Below are positions 9,359-19,434 of a stretch of DNA of 64,000 bases, piece by piece. Origin of the DNA: Thermoplasmatota archaeon (GTDB lineage: Archaea; Thermoplasmatota; Thermoplasmata; UBA10834); contig JBFMHR010000003.1 of assembly GCA_040751795.1 (NCBI GenBank), positions 224,001 through 288,000 on the forward strand, written 5' to 3'. Under the pieces are notes generated by a model. The model was given only the letters and a program-made list of their open reading frames with translations, did no database searches and had not been told where the DNA came from. The position numbers and the translations under genes are program-made. The first letter of the stretch is position 1. Every line of letters begins with the position of its first letter.

Positions 9359-9643
9359 ATGATCGTCAAGCTCAGCCCGACCGAGATGAGGATACTGAAG
9401 ATTCTCCAGGACTGGTACCCGGTCACGGTCGAGGAGATCAGGGAGGAGCTCAGGATGAGGGAGGACACCCTCCATAGGGCCCTCAAGTCCATGGTGGTAA
9501 AGGGGGTCGTCGCCCTCGAGCCGCTGAGCGACAAGACCTACGTGAGGCTCCTCATGTCTGACGTGAGCGTCGCCCCCAAGGGTAGGAGGCCGAAGACGGG
9601 GGACGGGCCCGAGGACTTCTACGACGCGCTGGTGTACCAGTGA
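9359..9643 (+). CDS. Small winged-helix protein
   Basis: TVEEIREELRMREDTLHRALKSMVVKGVV. Confidence 0.75.
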   Translation: MIVKLSPTEMRILKILQDWYPVTVEEIREELRMREDTLHRALKSMVVKGVVALEPLSDKTYVRLLMSDVSVAPKGRRPKTGDGPEDFYDALVYQ

Positions 9644-9694
9644 GGGCCGGGCGGGCCGATAAGTAGATATCCGGACTGATTTCTAGGAGCGGGC

Positions 9695-11248
9695 GTGGGC
9701 TACTACGACGAGTTCATCCAGGCCATCGTCTCGGGCGATGTGACGACCAGGGACGCCGTCCTGCGGCTCAAGGCGAGGCTGTGCAGGAGGCACGGCCTGT
9801 CCAGGGTGCCCACCAACTACGAGATACTCGCCCATGTCCCCGAGGGGCTGAGGGAGGTCGTCGAGCCCCTCCTGAGGAACAAGCCCGTCAGGACGATCAG
9901 CGGGGTCGCCCCCGTCGCCGTGATGACGAGCCCGTACGAGTGCCCCCACGGCAGGTGCTCGTACTGCCCGGGGGGCGTCGCGAACAACAGCCCCCAGTCC
10001 TACACGGGCAGGGAGCCGGCCGCGCTCCGCGCGGCCATGAACGACTTCGACCCGCACAGGCAGACCTCGTCGCGGCTGGAGCAGCTCAGGGCAATCGGCC
10101 ACAGGACCGACAAGGTCGACCTCATCGTCATGGGCGGGACGTTCACATCGAGGCCGGAGGACTACCAGGAGTGGTTCGTCAAGCGCTGCTTCGACGCGAT
10201 GAACCGGCAGGAGTCGCGGGACATAGCCGCAGCGCACTCGCTGAACGAGGCCGCTCCGTCCAGGTGCGTCGGGCTCACGGTCGAGACGCGGCCGGACTGG
10301 TTCGCCGCCGATCAGATAGACACCTCCATGCGCCTCGGCGCCACGAAGGTGGAGTTCGGGGTCCAGATACTGGACGACGCGGTCCTGGACGGCGTGAAGC
10401 GCGGCCACCGCGTCGATGCGGTGGTCGAGGCGACTGCGAGGGCGAAGGACGCGGGGCTCAAGGTGTGCTACCACGTCATGCCCGGCCTCCCGGGCAGCTC
10501 CCGCGAGAAGGACCTCGCCTCATTCGCCAGGATGTTCGAGGACCCGAGGTTCCGGCCGGACATGCTCAAGATATACCCGACGCTCGTGGTCAAGGGGACC
10601 GGGCTCCACGGCCAGTGGGAGAGGGGCGAGTACGCGCCGCTCTCGGTCGAGGAGGGCGTCTCCCTCCTCGCCGAGATGAAGTCCATGGTCCCTCCCTACG
10701 TCAGGATACTCAGGATCCAGAGGGACATCCCCGCGCACCTCATCGAGGCCGGCATCAGGAAGGGGCACCTCAGGGAGCTCGTCGCAGAGAGGATGTCCGC
10801 TGAAGGACGGGCCTGCGGATGCATCCGCTGCCGCGAGGTCGGGCACCTCGGAGTGGACGCCTCCGACAGGGCGACGGAGCCCGGCCTGCGCTCCGTGGCA
10901 TACGACGCCTCCGGGGGCAGGGAGGTGTTCCTCTCGTTCGAGTCGGAGGGCAGGGGCTCGCTGGTCGGCTACGCCAGGCTGCGGCTCCCTGGCGGGGGAT
11001 CGGACCATGCCTTCGTGAGGGAGCTCCATGTCTACGGCCAGATGGTCCCGATCCACGGGGAGCCCGGCGCCAAGTGGCAGCACCGCGGCTTCGGAGAGCG
11101 CCTGCTGGCCGAATGCGAGCGTCTGGCGTCATCCGAGGGTCGGCCGGAGCTCAGGGTCACCAGCGGCGTGGGCGTCAGGGGCTATTACCGGGCCCTGGGG
11201 TACGAGAGGCGGGGCCATTACATGGCCAAGCCGCTCGGCGGGCCATGA
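9695..11248 (+). CDS. elp3: Elp3 tRNA U34 carboxymethyltransferase (radical SAM plus GNAT)
   Basis: CPHGRCSYCPG, ETRPD, LKIYP, RELHVYG, QHRGFG. Confidence 0.95.
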   Translation: MGYYDEFIQAIVSGDVTTRDAVLRLKARLCRRHGLSRVPTNYEILAHVPEGLREVVEPLLRNKPVRTISGVAPVAVMTSPYECPHGRCSYCPGGVANNSPQSYTGREPAALRAAMNDFDPHRQTSSRLEQLRAIGHRTDKVDLIVMGGTFTSRPEDYQEWFVKRCFDAMNRQESRDIAAAHSLNEAAPSRCVGLTVETRPDWFAADQIDTSMRLGATKVEFGVQILDDAVLDGVKRGHRVDAVVEATARAKDAGLKVCYHVMPGLPGSSREKDLASFARMFEDPRFRPDMLKIYPTLVVKGTGLHGQWERGEYAPLSVEEGVSLLAEMKSMVPPYVRILRIQRDIPAHLIEAGIRKGHLRELVAERMSAEGRACGCIRCREVGHLGVDASDRATEPGLRSVAYDASGGREVFLSFESEGRGSLVGYARLRLPGGGSDHAFVRELHVYGQMVPIHGEPGAKWQHRGFGERLLAECERLASSEGRPELRVTSGVGVRGYYRALGYERRGHYMAKPLGGP

Positions 11249-11312
11249 CCCGACGCTATGATTATATGAGTAGAACCTTTATCGCATAAGCGACTCAGAA
11301 AGGGGGTACTGT

Positions 11313-13193
11313 TTGGCCTGTCTGAAATGTGGCACCATGACCGAGGACGGCGCCCTCCTCTGCGAGAACTGCGCCGACGAATCCATCATGGACCCCAGGT
11401 TCTTCATCAATCCTTCACTCATAGGCAGGAGCGTGTTCACGAGGCTCAGGTCCGAGGGGTCGGGAGCCGCCGCCCTGGGACCGGTGGCCGGCCCCGACGT
11501 CTCGTTCATCGCCTCCTCGGACCTGGATAGGGCGGTCAGGGACGCCGTCGTCACCGCAATGGGGCCGGAGGAGGCCAGGCCGTTCTGCGACAGGTGCAAC
11601 ACCATCCTGTCGCACCTGGGCGTGCCCCTGAAGTTCGACGACCGCGTGATGCTCCTGACCGACGACTCCGCGGCGACCATATCGACGATAGTCCAGAGGG
11701 TGAACGCGGTCGACGCTGCGCACCCCGGTTGCGGCCCGACGGACCTTTACCTGCGTATGGGAATGATCTACTGGTGCGCCCACCACAGCGTGCTCCTGAG
11801 GGCCGCGCCGAAGCGGTGGGCCGCCAGGAAGCGCGAGGAGTTCTACGGCAAGGCCAGGGACTACCTGTCGAAGGTCCCCGAGAACGACGACCTGCGGTCG
11901 ATCGCCGAGTACGACCTTGGCGTCCTCGGGGTCGGGGCGCGTGACTGGGATGCAGCGCGGGACCACCTCACCAAGGCCCTCTCGCACTTCGCCGGGGACC
12001 TCAGCATCATCGAGCACCTCGCGAGGGCGCACCTCGAGCTGGGGAACTCGATGGACGCGATGGCCAGGATAGATGAGGCGCTGGCTTCCGCCGACGTCCC
12101 GCGGCTGTGGGTCCTCAAGGGCGAGCTGCTCGAGAACATGAACATGCTCCAGGAGTCGCTGGAGTGCTACAGCAGGGCCCTGACGCTGGACCCGAGGTAC
12201 ATGGACGCGCACGACCACATCATCGCGGTCCTCAGGGGACTGGGGAGGATGGAGGAGGCCTCCCTCGCCGAGCGCCAGCGCGCCATGGCGAAGACCCCAG
12301 ACCTGGACCAGAAGGTCGCCGACCTGATCAACGAGCTGAAGAAGGCGTCGGCCGAGGTCGCCGCGCCCCACGTCAAGCACCCCCCGCGTCCCGTGCCGAC
12401 TCACGAGGCTCCGAAGGCAGAGGAGCCAGTGTCGTACCCGATAGAGCTGGCCAAGGAGGCGCTCAGGTCGGGCAACTACGACTCCGCCATCCAGATGTCC
12501 GAGCAGATCCTCAGGGAGGACCCGGACTCGCGCGAAGTCCAGCTGATGCTCATCGAGTCCCTGGTCGCCACAGGCGACCTCGCGAGGGCCTCGTCCGCCG
12601 TCCGCTCGTTCTACGAGAAGAACCGCGAGGACCCCCACGCCTGGTACTGGCGGGGCGTCGTCGCCGACAGGGAGGGCAAGTGGGGCGCGGCCGTCCAGTA
12701 CTTCTCCAAGTCGGTCACCCTCGACCCGTCCTACATCGGCTCGTGGCTCGCGATGGGCGACCTCCTTCTCAAGAACGACAAGGTCAGCGGAGCCGATGAG
12801 AGCTACTCGCGCGTGCTCCAGATGGACGGCGCCAGCCCGCAGGCATGGCTCGGCAAGGCCAAGGCAATGCACAAGCTGGGCAGGTGGGGAGCCGCGATCC
12901 AGTGCATGGACAAGTACAACATGCTGGCGCCTCGGGACAAGGACGCGTGGCTCCTCAAGGCCGACCTGCTCTTCGAGAAGGAGAAGCACAGGCGCGCCGT
13001 CGAGGCCTACGACAAGTTCCTCGAGCTCGACCAGGACGACTCGTACGCCCTCGGCAGGAAGGGGATAGCCCTCAACGCCCTGGGGATGACGGACGAGGCG
13101 AGGAAGTGCCTCGAGGAGGCCGTCAGGCTGGACCCGGCGAACAGGGACGCGGCGAAGTGGCTGAAGCTGCTCGTCGAGGAGGGCGGGGCCTGA
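11313..13193 (+). CDS. Zinc-ribbon plus TPR-repeat protein
   Basis: N-terminal CxxC-x10-CxxC; many TPR motifs; TTG start after GGGGG SD. Confidence 0.85.
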   Translation: MACLKCGTMTEDGALLCENCADESIMDPRFFINPSLIGRSVFTRLRSEGSGAAALGPVAGPDVSFIASSDLDRAVRDAVVTAMGPEEARPFCDRCNTILSHLGVPLKFDDRVMLLTDDSAATISTIVQRVNAVDAAHPGCGPTDLYLRMGMIYWCAHHSVLLRAAPKRWAARKREEFYGKARDYLSKVPENDDLRSIAEYDLGVLGVGARDWDAARDHLTKALSHFAGDLSIIEHLARAHLELGNSMDAMARIDEALASADVPRLWVLKGELLENMNMLQESLECYSRALTLDPRYMDAHDHIIAVLRGLGRMEEASLAERQRAMAKTPDLDQKVADLINELKKASAEVAAPHVKHPPRPVPTHEAPKAEEPVSYPIELAKEALRSGNYDSAIQMSEQILREDPDSREVQLMLIESLVATGDLARASSAVRSFYEKNREDPHAWYWRGVVADREGKWGAAVQYFSKSVTLDPSYIGSWLAMGDLLLKNDKVSGADESYSRVLQMDGASPQAWLGKAKAMHKLGRWGAAIQCMDKYNMLAPRDKDAWLLKADLLFEKEKHRRAVEAYDKFLELDQDDSYALGRKGIALNALGMTDEARKCLEEAVRLDPANRDAAKWLKLLVEEGGA

Positions 13194-15784
13194 TGGTCGA
13201 GCTGGACAAGATCCTCAGCGAGCGCTCGGACGAGCGCATCCTCTCGTCCGTGGCGTCGCTCCCGGACCAGGAGTTCGGCTCCCTGGTCGAGAAGATCCTG
13301 GGGTACCTCGAGCTCAAGACGCTCCGCAGCCGGCCGCGGGGCACGTTCATCATCGCGGACTGCGAGCACAGGCCGGACGGCAGGAAGTACGCCGTGTTCT
13401 TCTCCAGGAGGGACGAGGCCATCGTCAGGGGCGACGTGGAGAGCCTGACCTCCTACATGGAGAAGACGGGCTCCGACAGCGCCCTCGTGCTCACGGTGAG
13501 CGTGGTCGCCCCGGAGGCCCAGGCCTTCCTGAACAAGCGCGGCATCGGGTTCGCGGACGGGCCCAAGCTCGCAGCGCTCCTCCGCAGGTTCGACCTCGAC
13601 AAGGCCGTGGTCGGCTACGCGGACTCCAAGAAGGCGGAGGTCCCGCTCGAGCCGGAGCGCGCCAAGGCCGCCGGGGCGAGGCTCGAGGACGCGATGCGCA
13701 CCGGCTACGACGCCCTCTCCTCCAAGGACCTCATGCGGGCGCTGGAGGCCTTCGACCTGGCGATATTCCTCGACGACACCTACGACGTCTCCTGGAGGCT
13801 CAAGGGCAACACGCTGGACGAGATGGGCTACCACGAGCAGGCGCTGGAGTGCTACAAGCGCGCACTGGAGCTCCTCCCCGAGGGCGAGGAGACATGGTAC
13901 TCCCTCGGGAACTGCTTCTACGCGCTCGGCCGGTTCAACGAGGAGATCATGTGCTACGACAAGGCGCTCTTCTACAACCCCACGCTGCAGAAGGCGCTGA
14001 TCAACAAAGGCTCCACGCTCCACAGGCTCGGCCGCTACCAGGAGGCCCTCGACACATACGACAAGGTCCTCAAGATCAACTACAGGCTCGAGAAGGTCCA
14101 CAACAACAAGGGCGCCACGTTCCACGCGATGGGGCGGGGCCCGGAGGCGCTCGACTCGTACAACAGGGCCATCGAGCTGAAGCACGACTACGTCGAGGCA
14201 TGGGTCAACAAGGGCAACCTCCTCTACGAGCTCGCCCGGTACGACGAGGCCCTCGAGGCGTTCTCCCAGGTGACCGGGTTCAGGCCGGAGTACCCCAAGG
14301 GCTGGTACCTGCAGGGCCTGGTGCTCCGGAAGCTCGGCAGGGCCGTCCAGGCCAAGGCCGCGTTCGAGCAGGCCATAAGGCTCGACCCCGACATGGTCGA
14401 GGCTAGGAGGGCGCTTGAGGAGGAGTCCAAGAAGGTCGCGGACAGGTTCGTCGAGGTCCCGAGGCTCGTCAAGGACATCTTCGCCAGGCGCCCGGAGGAG
14501 GAGGAGCCGCCTCCTCCCCCGGAGGAGGAGCCGCCGGCGCCCATGGTGGCGGAGGACGAGGTCGCCAGGGACCGGGAGCAGAGGGTCGAGGCCATCGCCG
14601 AGGAGCTCTACGGCGACCGGGCCGAGCTGCTCCTGCTCCTCGGTCGGTTCGACGAGGCCTTCGACTTCCTTGGGAAGTCGCTCAGGCTCGAGGGCGAGAG
14701 CGCGCCCCTCCTCACCGCCGCCGGCAACGTGCTGTACCGGCAGGGGAAGCGCGACGCGGCGATCAAGTCCTTCGAGCACGCCGTCGCGGCCGACCCGTCG
14801 TACGTGCCGGCCCTGATCAACCTGCACACCGCCCTGGTCGACTCGGGGGAGTGGGACAGGGCGAACCAGGTGGGCGACTCCCTCAGGCGCTCGGACGCCG
14901 GATGGCAGGGCCACGCGCTGGCATCGCTGGCCTCCAGGCACAGGAAGGACTACCCGAGGGCCATCGAGGACGCCGAGAACGCCATCGCCGCGGACAACCT
15001 CTCCATGCTCATGAACTACAGGGGGCTGCTGAAGCTCGAGGCGGACGACCTCGCCGGCGCGGGGGAGTCCTTCGAGCGAGCGAAGTCCATGGCCCTGGAC
15101 CCGTCCGAGGCCCACAACAACTCCGGCCTGGTCCTGTACAGGAAGGGGGACGTCGAGGCGGCGAGCCTGGAGTTCGACAGGGCGATAAGGATGGCCAAGG
15201 CCAACGCCGCGGCGTGGAATAACCGGGGCTGCGTCCTCTACAAGATGGACAGGCTGCGCGAGGCGGTCGCCTGCTTCGAGGAGTCGATCCTCATATCGCC
15301 CACCACCGTCGCGGCGAACAACAAGGGGTTCAGCCAGCTCACCCTCGACTCCCTACCGGAGGCCCTCGCCTCCTTCGACCACTCGCTGAAGCTCGGGGAG
15401 ACGGCGGAGGCATACAACAGCAGGGGCATCGTGCTGCTGAGGATGGGCCAGGTGGAGGAGTCCCAGGCGGCCTTCAGGGAGGCGCTGAGGCTCTCGCCCG
15501 TGTTCAAGGACGCCCTCTCCAACCTGAAGAGGGCGGAGTCGCTCAGGCCGCTCCCGAGGCCCCCGGAACCGGAGTCGGGGCCCAAGGCCCCGCCGAGGAT
15601 GGAGGTCGTGGGCGGGAAGGAGCCGTCCTCCGTGAAGTTGTCCGACCTCACCCTCCAGAACCTGAGGGGGAAGCGGAAGTCGGAGCTCGAGGCGATGTGC
15701 GAGTCCGTCGGCGCGAGCCCGAGGGGCTCGAAGACGGAGCTCATCAACCGCCTGCTGAGGACGAGGAAGCAGCTCGAGAAGTGA
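13193..15784 (+). CDS. Mrr-like domain plus TPR repeats plus C-terminal SAP domain protein
   Basis: TGATG coupling; Mrr_cat-like N-terminus; TPR arrays; KSELEAMC...G...RGSKTELINRL SAP motif. Confidence 0.8.
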   Translation: MVELDKILSERSDERILSSVASLPDQEFGSLVEKILGYLELKTLRSRPRGTFIIADCEHRPDGRKYAVFFSRRDEAIVRGDVESLTSYMEKTGSDSALVLTVSVVAPEAQAFLNKRGIGFADGPKLAALLRRFDLDKAVVGYADSKKAEVPLEPERAKAAGARLEDAMRTGYDALSSKDLMRALEAFDLAIFLDDTYDVSWRLKGNTLDEMGYHEQALECYKRALELLPEGEETWYSLGNCFYALGRFNEEIMCYDKALFYNPTLQKALINKGSTLHRLGRYQEALDTYDKVLKINYRLEKVHNNKGATFHAMGRGPEALDSYNRAIELKHDYVEAWVNKGNLLYELARYDEALEAFSQVTGFRPEYPKGWYLQGLVLRKLGRAVQAKAAFEQAIRLDPDMVEARRALEEESKKVADRFVEVPRLVKDIFARRPEEEEPPPPPEEEPPAPMVAEDEVARDREQRVEAIAEELYGDRAELLLLLGRFDEAFDFLGKSLRLEGESAPLLTAAGNVLYRQGKRDAAIKSFEHAVAADPSYVPALINLHTALVDSGEWDRANQVGDSLRRSDAGWQGHALASLASRHRKDYPRAIEDAENAIAADNLSMLMNYRGLLKLEADDLAGAGESFERAKSMALDPSEAHNNSGLVLYRKGDVEAASLEFDRAIRMAKANAAAWNNRGCVLYKMDRLREAVACFEESILISPTTVAANNKGFSQLTLDSLPEALASFDHSLKLGETAEAYNSRGIVLLRMGQVEESQAAFREALRLSPVFKDALSNLKRAESLRPLPRPPEPESGPKAPPRMEVVGGKEPSSVKLSDLTLQNLRGKRKSELEAMCESVGASPRGSKTELINRLLRTRKQLEK

Positions 15785-15834
15785 GCAGGGCTCCCGCTCT
15801 GCCGTGTCTCAGTCATGCCGTCGGCCGGCGCCCT

Positions 15835-16080
15835 TCAGGCTATGTTCATGACGACTACGTCACGGACCGCCTTCATCTCGCTGAAGGGCAGTATGAGCCT
15901 TCCCTGAGCGTCCGTCTTGAAGAGCCTCGGCTCGACCTCCTCCGCCGGGATCACGAGGACGTTCTGCAGCTCGCCGGACTTCGTGTCGATCAGGAAGTTC
16001 TCAATCATTCCGAGTATCTGGCCGTCGTTGGTCATCACGGTTTTGCCCTTCAGCTCGGTGATGAATTTCCGCATTGACAT
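15835..16080 (-). CDS. PRC-barrel protein, CdpB2-like
   Basis: LKGKTVMTNDGQILG...GRLILPF...AVRDVVV. Confidence 0.8.
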   Translation of the reverse strand: MSMRKFITELKGKTVMTNDGQILGMIENFLIDTKSGELQNVLVIPAEEVEPRLFKTDAQGRLILPFSEMKAVRDVVVMNIA

Positions 16081-16091
16081 CCCATCTCCAG

Positions 16092-18314
16092 CTATCTGTA
16101 GTAGCTGAGGCCATTATCATCTTTGCTCTTCTTAGACGTTGCGGTCTTGATCTCCTGGGCCTGCGATTCGTAGTACTTCATGGTGTCCTTGTCGGTCGAC
16201 GGCCTCACTGTAGCGAGCGCGCGCTCGAAGTGCTCCATGGTCACCTTCGAGGCCTTCTTCGACTGCCTGAGGGCGCCGAGCGCCGCCTCGCGGCAGAGGT
16301 TCTCGATGTCCGCGCCGACGAATCCCTCGAGCCTCTCCGCCAGGACGCCCAGGTCAACGCCCTCGAGGGGCATCCCCTTCGTGTGGACCTCCAGGATCTT
16401 CAGCCTGCTGGGCCTGTCGGGGACGGGCGTGAGCAGCAGCTTGTCGAACCTGCCTGGCCTGAGCAGCGCCGGGTCGACGATGTCCGGGCGGTTCGTCGCC
16501 GCGATGACGAACACGTTCTCCATGTCCTCCAGCCCGTCCATCGACGTGAGGAGCTGGTTGACGATCCGCTCCGTCGCACCGGAGTCGTTGCGCCCGCCCC
16601 GCCTCGGGGCGATGGCGTCGATCTCGTCGAGGAACACGATGCACGGCGAGACCTGCTTCGCCTTCTTGAATATCATCCTGACGGCCTTCTCGCTCTCCCC
16701 GACCCACTTGGACATGATCTCCGGGCCCTTGATGGGGATGAAGTTAGCCTTCGACTCGTTGGCGATCGCCCTCGCGATGAGGGTCTTCCCGGTGCCGGGC
16801 GGGCCGAAGAGCAGGACCCCCCTCGGCGGCCTGATGCCCAGCCTCCTGAACGACTCGGGGTCCTCCAGCGGCAGTTCGATCGCCTCGTGCAGGTCCTTCT
16901 TGACATGGTCGAGCCCGCCCACGTCCTGCCAGGTCGTCTTCGGTATCTCGACGAGGACCTCCCTCATCGCGCTGGGCTCGATCTCCTTCAGCGCGTCCGA
17001 GAAGTCCGCCGAGGTGACCTTCATCTTCTCGAGGAGCTCGGCGGGTATCGGCTTGCCGAGGTCTATGTCGGGGAGGTACCTCCTCAGGGCCCTCATGGCC
17101 GCCTCCCGCGCGAGCGCGGCCATGTCCGCGCCCACGAACCCGTGAGTGGACTCCGCGATCCTCTCGACCGCGATGTCCTCCGCGAGGGGCATGCCCCTCG
17201 TATGTATCTGGAATATCTCCTGTCTCCCCGCCACGGTCGGGACGCCTATCTGTATCTCGCGGTCGAACCTTCCCGGCCGCCTGAGGGCGGGGTCTATGGC
17301 GTCCTCGCGGTTGGTGGCTGCTATCACAATGACGTTGCCCCTCGTCGTGAGCCCGTCCATCAGCGTCAGGAGCTGGGCGACCACCCTCCTCTCGACCTCC
17401 CCGTGGACCTCGTCCCTCTTAGGGGCGATGGAGTCGAGCTCGTCGATGAATATCACGGACGGGGCGTTCTTCTCGGCCTCGGTGAAGATCTCCCTGAGGC
17501 GCTCCTCGCTCTGGCCGTAGAACTTCGACATTATCTCCGGGCCCTGTATGGAGAAGAAGTTGGCCCCGGCCTCGTTGGCGACCGCCCTGGCGATTAGGGT
17601 CTTGCCGGTGCCTGGCGGGCCGTACAGCAGGACGCCCTTGGGCGGGTCTATGCCGAGGCGCGTGAATACCTCGGGGTGCTTGAGGGGGAGCTCTATCATC
17701 TCCCTGATCCTCTGCAGCTCGTCCTCGAGCCCTCCGATGTCCTCGTAGGTGACGGAGGGCCTCGCCAGCTCCGTCACCTCCACCGGCTCGGTCTTGACCG
17801 ACAGCTCCGTCGACTCGGAGACCTGGACGATCCCGTTGGGGGCCGTGGACGCGACCACGAAGGGCAGGAACCCGCCCATGAGCGCGATGTTGGGGATGAT
17901 TATCTCGTCCCCCTTGACCAGGGCCCTGTTCAGGAGGCCCTTCTTGAAGAGCCCCTCGACGCCCTGGCCGAACCTCACCCTCTTCCCCGAGGGTATCTTG
18001 GGGGCCACGACGACCTTCTGGGCGGCCTGCGCCTCGGCCTTCCTGACCACGACGTTCTCGCCGATGGAGACCCCGGCGTTGCCCCTGATCATGCCGTCGA
18101 CCCTGATTATGCCCTTGCCCTCGTCCTCGTGGGCCGCCCTGAAGACCTTCGCCGCGGTCTTCTTGCCGCCGGTTATCTCTATTATGTCCCCGACGTCGGC
18201 GCCCAGCTCCTTCCTCGTGAACGAGTCTATCCTGGCCCTCCCGAGGCCCACCTCGGACTGGTGGTGGGCCCGGGCGACCCTCAGGGTGATGCCTTCCGCT
18301 TGTTTCTTGGCCAT
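16092..18314 (-). CDS. cdc48: CDC48/VAT AAA+ ATPase
   Basis: N domain plus two [16 protein letters not shown] modules; C-terminal YYR (HbYX). Confidence 0.97.
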   Translation of the reverse strand: MAKKQAEGITLRVARAHHQSEVGLGRARIDSFTRKELGADVGDIIEITGGKKTAAKVFRAAHEDEGKGIIRVDGMIRGNAGVSIGENVVVRKAEAQAAQKVVVAPKIPSGKRVRFGQGVEGLFKKGLLNRALVKGDEIIIPNIALMGGFLPFVVASTAPNGIVQVSESTELSVKTEPVEVTELARPSVTYEDIGGLEDELQRIREMIELPLKHPEVFTRLGIDPPKGVLLYGPPGTGKTLIARAVANEAGANFFSIQGPEIMSKFYGQSEERLREIFTEAEKNAPSVIFIDELDSIAPKRDEVHGEVERRVVAQLLTLMDGLTTRGNVIVIAATNREDAIDPALRRPGRFDREIQIGVPTVAGRQEIFQIHTRGMPLAEDIAVERIAESTHGFVGADMAALAREAAMRALRRYLPDIDLGKPIPAELLEKMKVTSADFSDALKEIEPSAMREVLVEIPKTTWQDVGGLDHVKKDLHEAIELPLEDPESFRRLGIRPPRGVLLFGPPGTGKTLIARAIANESKANFIPIKGPEIMSKWVGESEKAVRMIFKKAKQVSPCIVFLDEIDAIAPRRGGRNDSGATERIVNQLLTSMDGLEDMENVFVIAATNRPDIVDPALLRPGRFDKLLLTPVPDRPSRLKILEVHTKGMPLEGVDLGVLAERLEGFVGADIENLCREAALGALRQSKKASKVTMEHFERALATVRPSTDKDTMKYYESQAQEIKTATSKKSKDDNGLSYYR

Positions 18315-18544
18315 CTGACCGCCAAATCAGTCACCCTGCGGAAAAACGTTTGGGAGGGAGGGCGGCCGCCGTGCTGACATTCGACAGTGGAGGTGCCGCC
18401 GGAAACGATGTTCGAGATGTGCCGCAGCATATGGGCCAGCATTCGGAGGGACGCCCCGGAGGCCCGAATCGGCCGGGCGGGGCGCGGGTTGCTCAGAAAG
18501 CATTAAAAAAGCCCCACCCATACAAAACGACGCGAGGCTTCAGG

Positions 18545-19429
18545 ATGCACGAGGTACGTTTCCACGGCCGCGGCGGGCAAGGCGCGGTCATGGCTGCACA
18601 GGCACTCGCGAGCGCAGCACACCAGGAGGGCGGCTATGCGACCGCCTTCCCGTTCTTCGGGGCCGAGAGGCGAGGCGCCCCAGTGCTCGCGTTCACGAGG
18701 ATTGACAAGGGCAGGATATACCGCAAGACCCAGGTCTACGAGCCCGACATCGTCGTCGTCCTCGACGAGTCGCTCATCGACGTCGTCAACGTAGTCGACG
18801 GCCTGAAGGAGGGCGGGATGGTCATTGTCAACACGGCTAAGAGGCCCGAGGAGGTCGACGTGGGCAAGGACGTCAAGGTCGCCACCGTCGACGCGACCTC
18901 CGTCGCGCTCGAGATACTCAAGCAGCCGGCGACGAACTCGGCGATACTCGGCGCGCTGGCCAAGGCGACCGGCATGGTCAAGATCGAGTCCATCGAGAAG
19001 GGGATCATGCAGGTCTTCGGCGACAGGCTCGGCCCCAAGATCGGGGAGAAGAACGCTCTCGCCGCCAAGGCCGCCTACGACCGCACGGTCATCGGCCAGT
19101 CGCACGGCAAGCGCCCGCTCACGAAGGCCAAGAAGTGGCTGCCGGACGTCAATGAGCTCCCGATGGGGGCGGCCGCGGTCAAGAAGGAGACCGCCGCCGG
19201 CCTGGTCGGTCCGGGCTCGTTCATCGAGAACAAGACGGGCAGCTGGAAGGTCTTCAGGCCCGAGTACGACAAGGAGAAGTGCACCATGTGCAACTTCTGC
19301 TGGTTCTACTGCCCCGAGGGTTGCATCTACAGGAAGGACGACCGCATGGAGTTCGACATGAGCTACTGCAAGGGCTGCGGGATATGCGCCAACGAGTGCC
19401 CCGTCGAGGCCATCAAGATGGTGAGGTGA
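18545..19429 (+). CDS. porC: 2-oxoacid:ferredoxin oxidoreductase gamma-delta fusion
   Basis: [16 protein letters not shown], then KTGSW and two CxxCxxCxxxCP motifs. Confidence 0.9.
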   Translation: MHEVRFHGRGGQGAVMAAQALASAAHQEGGYATAFPFFGAERRGAPVLAFTRIDKGRIYRKTQVYEPDIVVVLDESLIDVVNVVDGLKEGGMVIVNTAKRPEEVDVGKDVKVATVDATSVALEILKQPATNSAILGALAKATGMVKIESIEKGIMQVFGDRLGPKIGEKNALAAKAAYDRTVIGQSHGKRPLTKAKKWLPDVNELPMGAAAVKKETAAGLVGPGSFIENKTGSWKVFRPEYDKEKCTMCNFCWFYCPEGCIYRKDDRMEFDMSYCKGCGICANECPVEAIKMVR

Positions 19430-19434
19430 GAGAG

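Noticed and set aside
14497-14545. EEEEPPPPPEEEPP low-complexity repeat
   Set aside because: Ordinary linker between TPR arrays
18315-18544. ncRNA in the cdc48-por intergenic region
   Set aside because: No recognisable structure or C/D boxes; explained by divergent promoters
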